64,000 nt of DNA from Octopus bimaculoides. Taxonomy: Eukaryota. The notes beneath the pieces are model-generated. The model saw only the letters and a program-made list of their open reading frames with translations. It did not search any database and was not told the origin of the DNA. The DNA lies in NCBI RefSeq assembly GCF_001194135.2, contig NC_069004.1, positions 23,434,232-23,498,231 of the forward strand. Direction: 5' to 3'. The translations under genes and the position numbers were made by a program. Every line of letters starts with the position of its first letter. Within the stretch, counting starts at the first letter, position 1. Of the stretch, positions 60,238 to 64,000 are shown in pieces.

Positions 60238-60640
60238 AAAACAAGAGCTGGAACAGGTGGGAAAATACAAATTACTACAAGACAAAATTGCAAGAATGTG
60301 GGTAATAAGGAGAATAATTATTATCCCAGTAATTGTCAGAACACTTGGGTCAGTAACAACCAGGTTTGAGGAATATGTCGGAGAAATTAGAATTGAGATG
60401 AGGTCAGAGCAGGCCCAAAAAGCTGCTGTGTTGGGAACAGCTAAGATTTTTGAGATTGGTGCTTGGGTGTTGAGTATCTTCCATGATAGTTAACATACAA
60501 GTACCAAGTCTTATAATCTGTGGAAAGAGGACCTGTGAGACCAACAACAACAGGTTGCTGTCCACTCTCACAGAATCAACTGGAGCAAGTAAGACCGAGA
60601 GCTCCGAGAAGTAAAATGTAACAATAATAATAATAATGAT
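60238..60640 (+). mobile_element. R4/Dong-like non-LTR retrotransposon 3' end (restriction-like endonuclease C-terminus, 3' UTR, (AAT)n tail)
   Basis: GKYKLLQDKIARMW..RRIIIIPVIVRTLGSVTTRFEEYV....EQAQKAAVLGTAKI matches the KY..L...W......PVV.GALG....Q..A.LGTA.I C-terminus of RLE-type LINEs. Confidence 0.7.
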
Positions 60641-60649
60641 GATAATGGT

Positions 60650-61361
60650 TCAAATTTTGGCACAAGACCAGCAAGTTTTGGTGGGGGATAGTCAATTACA
60701 TCGACCCCCAGTGTTCAACTGGTACTTATTTCATCGACCCCGAAAGGATGAAAGACAAAGTCAATCTCAGCAGAATTTGAACTCAGAATGTAAAGATGGA
60801 CAAAATGCCATTAAGCATTTTGCTCAGCATGTTAACGATTCTGCTAATGATAATAATAATAACAACAATTATGATAGTAATTCTTTCTAATTTTGGCACA
60901 AACTCAGCATTTTGGTGGGGAAGGCCAATTACATTGAACTTAGCAGCTGATTGGTACTTTATATCACCTACCCTGGTACTTGACTGGTACTTCATTTTAT
61001 AAACCCCAGAAAGATAAAAGGGGAAGTTGACCTTGATGGTATTTGAGTTTAGAATGTGAAGACAGAAGAAATGCTTGTTTAGCATTTTGTCTGGGATGCT
61101 AAGGATTCTGCTAGCTTTGCTGCCTGAATAATAATAATAATAATAATAATGATAAAGACTACAACCAGACCCCATAACAAAAATGACAATAAAAAAAGAA
61201 CATGCAATCCTGCACATATCCCAGCAACATGGAGGTGTAGCAGGTGATGCAGTAGAAATTCACCTGAAACTACCAAATGTTTAATAACAACAACAACAAT
61301 AATGATAACAACAACAACAACAATAATAATGTTTCAAATTTTGGCACAAGGCCAGAACAGT

Positions 61362-61396
<35 letters not shown>

Positions 61397-61622
61397 TAAT
61401 AATAATAATCCTTTCTACTGGAAGCACAAGGCCTCAAATTTGGGGAAAGAGATTAAGTTGATTACATCAACCCCAGTGCGTAACTGGTACTTATTTGATT
61501 GGCCCTGAAAGGATGAAAGGCAAAGTCGACCTCGGTGGTGTTTGAACTCAGAATGTAAAGAAAGGCGAAATACCATTAAGCATTTTTCCCAGTGTGCTAA
61601 CGATTCTGGCAGCTTGCCGTCT
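60650..61622 (-). mobile_element. Three further co-oriented SINE family C copies (60650-60848, 60888-61127, 61425-61622) plus a stub at ~61337
   Basis: Repeated family C consensus, each copy bounded by (AAT)n/(AAC)n. Confidence 0.8.
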
Positions 61623-61632
61623 TGTAGTAGTA

Positions 61633-61693
<61 letters not shown>

Positions 61694-61794
61694 TTTCATT
61701 TATTTGCCACCAGGGTGAAGGATGAGGGAGGCAGTACAAAGACGACACAAAGTGTGTGTGTGGGGGTTTACTTCTAATGAAAAAATGAATAACA

Positions 61795-62017
61795 GGCGTA
61801 GGAGTGGCTGTGTGGTAAGTAGCTTGCTTACCAACCACATGGTCCCGGGTTCAGTCCCACTGCGTGGCACCATGGCATCTACCAAATCCACTCACAAGGC
61901 TTTGGTCGGCCCGAGTCTATAGCAGAAGACACCTGCCCAAGGTGTCATGCAGTGGGACTGAACCCGGAACCATGTGGTTGGTAAGCAAGCTACTTACCAC
62001 ACAGCCACTCCTGCGCC
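61795..62017. mobile_element. Inverted pair of family A SINE heads
   Basis: Arms 61795-61871 and 61941-62017 (77 nt) are reverse complements with 4 differences. Confidence 0.85.
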
Positions 62018-62309
62018 TATAACAAGATTTCATAATTTTTTGGCGGGGGAGGGGTGCTGGGTAGGCGTGTAGTTAATCTAATTAACCTCAGTGTATAAAC
62101 TTGTACTTTATTCTCAAGTACTGGGAAAGGATGACAAGTATGTCACTTTTCTTCATTAGAGTAAAAACCTAAAAAGTTTTTCTTCATGGTTTAAAAATAT
62201 TTCATCTAAGAAGCCATTCCTTTACTTTCAGTTTACTATCACCCCTCCCCCTCCCCCTACTACTACCACTACTACCAATACTACTACTACTACTTCTACT
62301 ACTACCACC

Positions 62310-62344
<35 letters not shown>

Positions 62345-62819
62345 CACTACTACCACCAATACTACTACCACCACTACTACTACCACCACCACTACTACTA
62401 CCACCACCACCACCACTACTACTACTACCACCACCACCACCACCATGACTATTTTGATTATCATTACTATTATTATTATTACCATTATTCTTCTTCTTAT
62501 TCTTATTCTTATTGTTATTATTATTATGGCATCTAAATTTGGTCTGATGTTCTTTATCCTGTCTCCTCATTCCTATATGATTGGTGTAAGAATAGATAAG
62601 ACCAAGAAAGAACCAGCAAAATAAAATAATATAATACACAATGTTATGCTGGTTTTTTTTTTGTTTTGTTTTGGTTTTTTTTCTCTGGAGGCGCTAAAAC
62701 AATATTTCTTAGACAGAATCTTAATATTGTTTGGAAAGACTTTCTAAATTGGTCAAGTGAGATGAGAAAGAGAGGGAAAGAGAAAAGACGATTGACTACC
62801 TGTGGCATAAAAATTGGTA

Positions 62820-62867
<48 letters not shown>

Positions 62868-63480
62868 TCTTAGCCTCTGCTGGTATTTTTTATGCTCCAT
62901 ATATTTGACGTGTTTGTCTCAGCAATTGCATACATCCTTACATGTATGTGTGTGTGTGTGTGTGTGGATATATTTAGATATAACTTTTATATTCATTTCA
63001 TGTACATGCATATAAAAAAAATATATATTTGTGTATGTGTGTGTGTATATATATGTGTGTATATATATATGCATATATAAATATACAATACATATATATA
63101 TATATGTATTATATATTTATATATGCATATATATACATATACATTTATATATATACACACATGTGTGTATGTATAAATATGCATGTGTGTATGTGTGTAT
63201 ATATGTATGTGTGCATATATGTGTACACACACACACANNNNNNNNNNNNNNNNNNNNNNNNNNNNNNNNNNNNNNNNNNNNNNNNNNNNNNNNNNNNNNN
63301 NNNNNNNNNNNNNNNNNNNNNNNNNNNNNNNNNNNNNNNNNNNNNNNNNNNNNNNNNNNNNNNNNNNNNNNNNNNNNNNNNNNNNNNNNNNNNNNNNNNN
63401 NNNNNNNNNNNNNNNNNNNNNNNNNNNNNNNNNNNNNNNNNNNNNNNNNNNNNNNNNNNNNNNNNNNNNNNNNNNNNNNN

Positions 63481-63535
<55 letters not shown>

Positions 63536-64000
63536 GCATGTGTCCATAAGTGTACAGAAATAATATACACGACATGAATTTGAATATATATTTATAAGCA
63601 CACAGGTACACACACACACTCAAAAAATGTTTTTTTGAGAAGCTTTGATAAAATTTCAGAGTGGATGAACAAGTTATATATTTGTCTGTACAGATATATA
63701 CACATGAGGTACCTCCATATTTTATGTATATGCATCTTTGGCTATTGGACTCCTGTATTTTTCTTTCTCTTTCTCTAATTGATATACATAAACACATACC
63801 TACATACATACATACATACATACATACGTATGTATGTACCTATGCTGAACTATTGAAGAATCTGCAGTTATTCTATCCAGTTACTCTATCAGATTGATAC
63901 CTGTAATTAATTGAGGTACTGATATATGTAACATACCACTCTTGAGAAATTAGGTTTCTCAAAACCAGAACGGAGAAAGCTGATTCAAAGACTACAGATC

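Noticed and set aside
62202-62639. 145-aa Gly/Ser/Asn-rich ORF and similar poly-V/I/L ORFs (21744-22385, 47258-47867, 56321-56598)
   Set aside because: Translations of trinucleotide microsatellites.

Overview
Eukaryotic, AT-rich, repeat-dense DNA with 13 N-gaps, most flanked by (AT)n. The gene content and repeat families point to an octopus (cephalopod mollusc) draft assembly; this is inferred, not shown. Two genes are supported. (1) The first four coding exons of Integrator subunit 13 / Asunder (INTS13) lie on + at 6127-6348, 8327-8392, 12521-12723 and 16137-16217, with GT-AG boundaries and consistent phases. No further INTS13 exon was recognised in the remaining ~48 kb. (2) An FMRFamide-gated Na+ channel (FaNaC, DEG/ENaC family) lies on - at 57683-59566, with 627 codons in one exon. 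The rest is transposon-derived: RTE LINE fragments, a Helitron remnant, two differently deleted mariners, hAT and TTAA-flanked MITEs, an R4/Dong-like LINE end, a Penelope-like end with a hammerhead-like motif, several tRNA-derived SINE families, microsatellites and many fold-back hairpins. Most interesting: FaNaC may be nested antisense in a giant INTS13 intron, it carries a glycosylation-rich knuckle insertion, and it is surrounded by a co-oriented SINE train and dsRNA-forming repeats. Nearly all other ORFs in the track are microsatellite, gap or TE artefacts. All homology calls come from my recollection of family sequences; no searches were run, and repeat boundaries are approximate.
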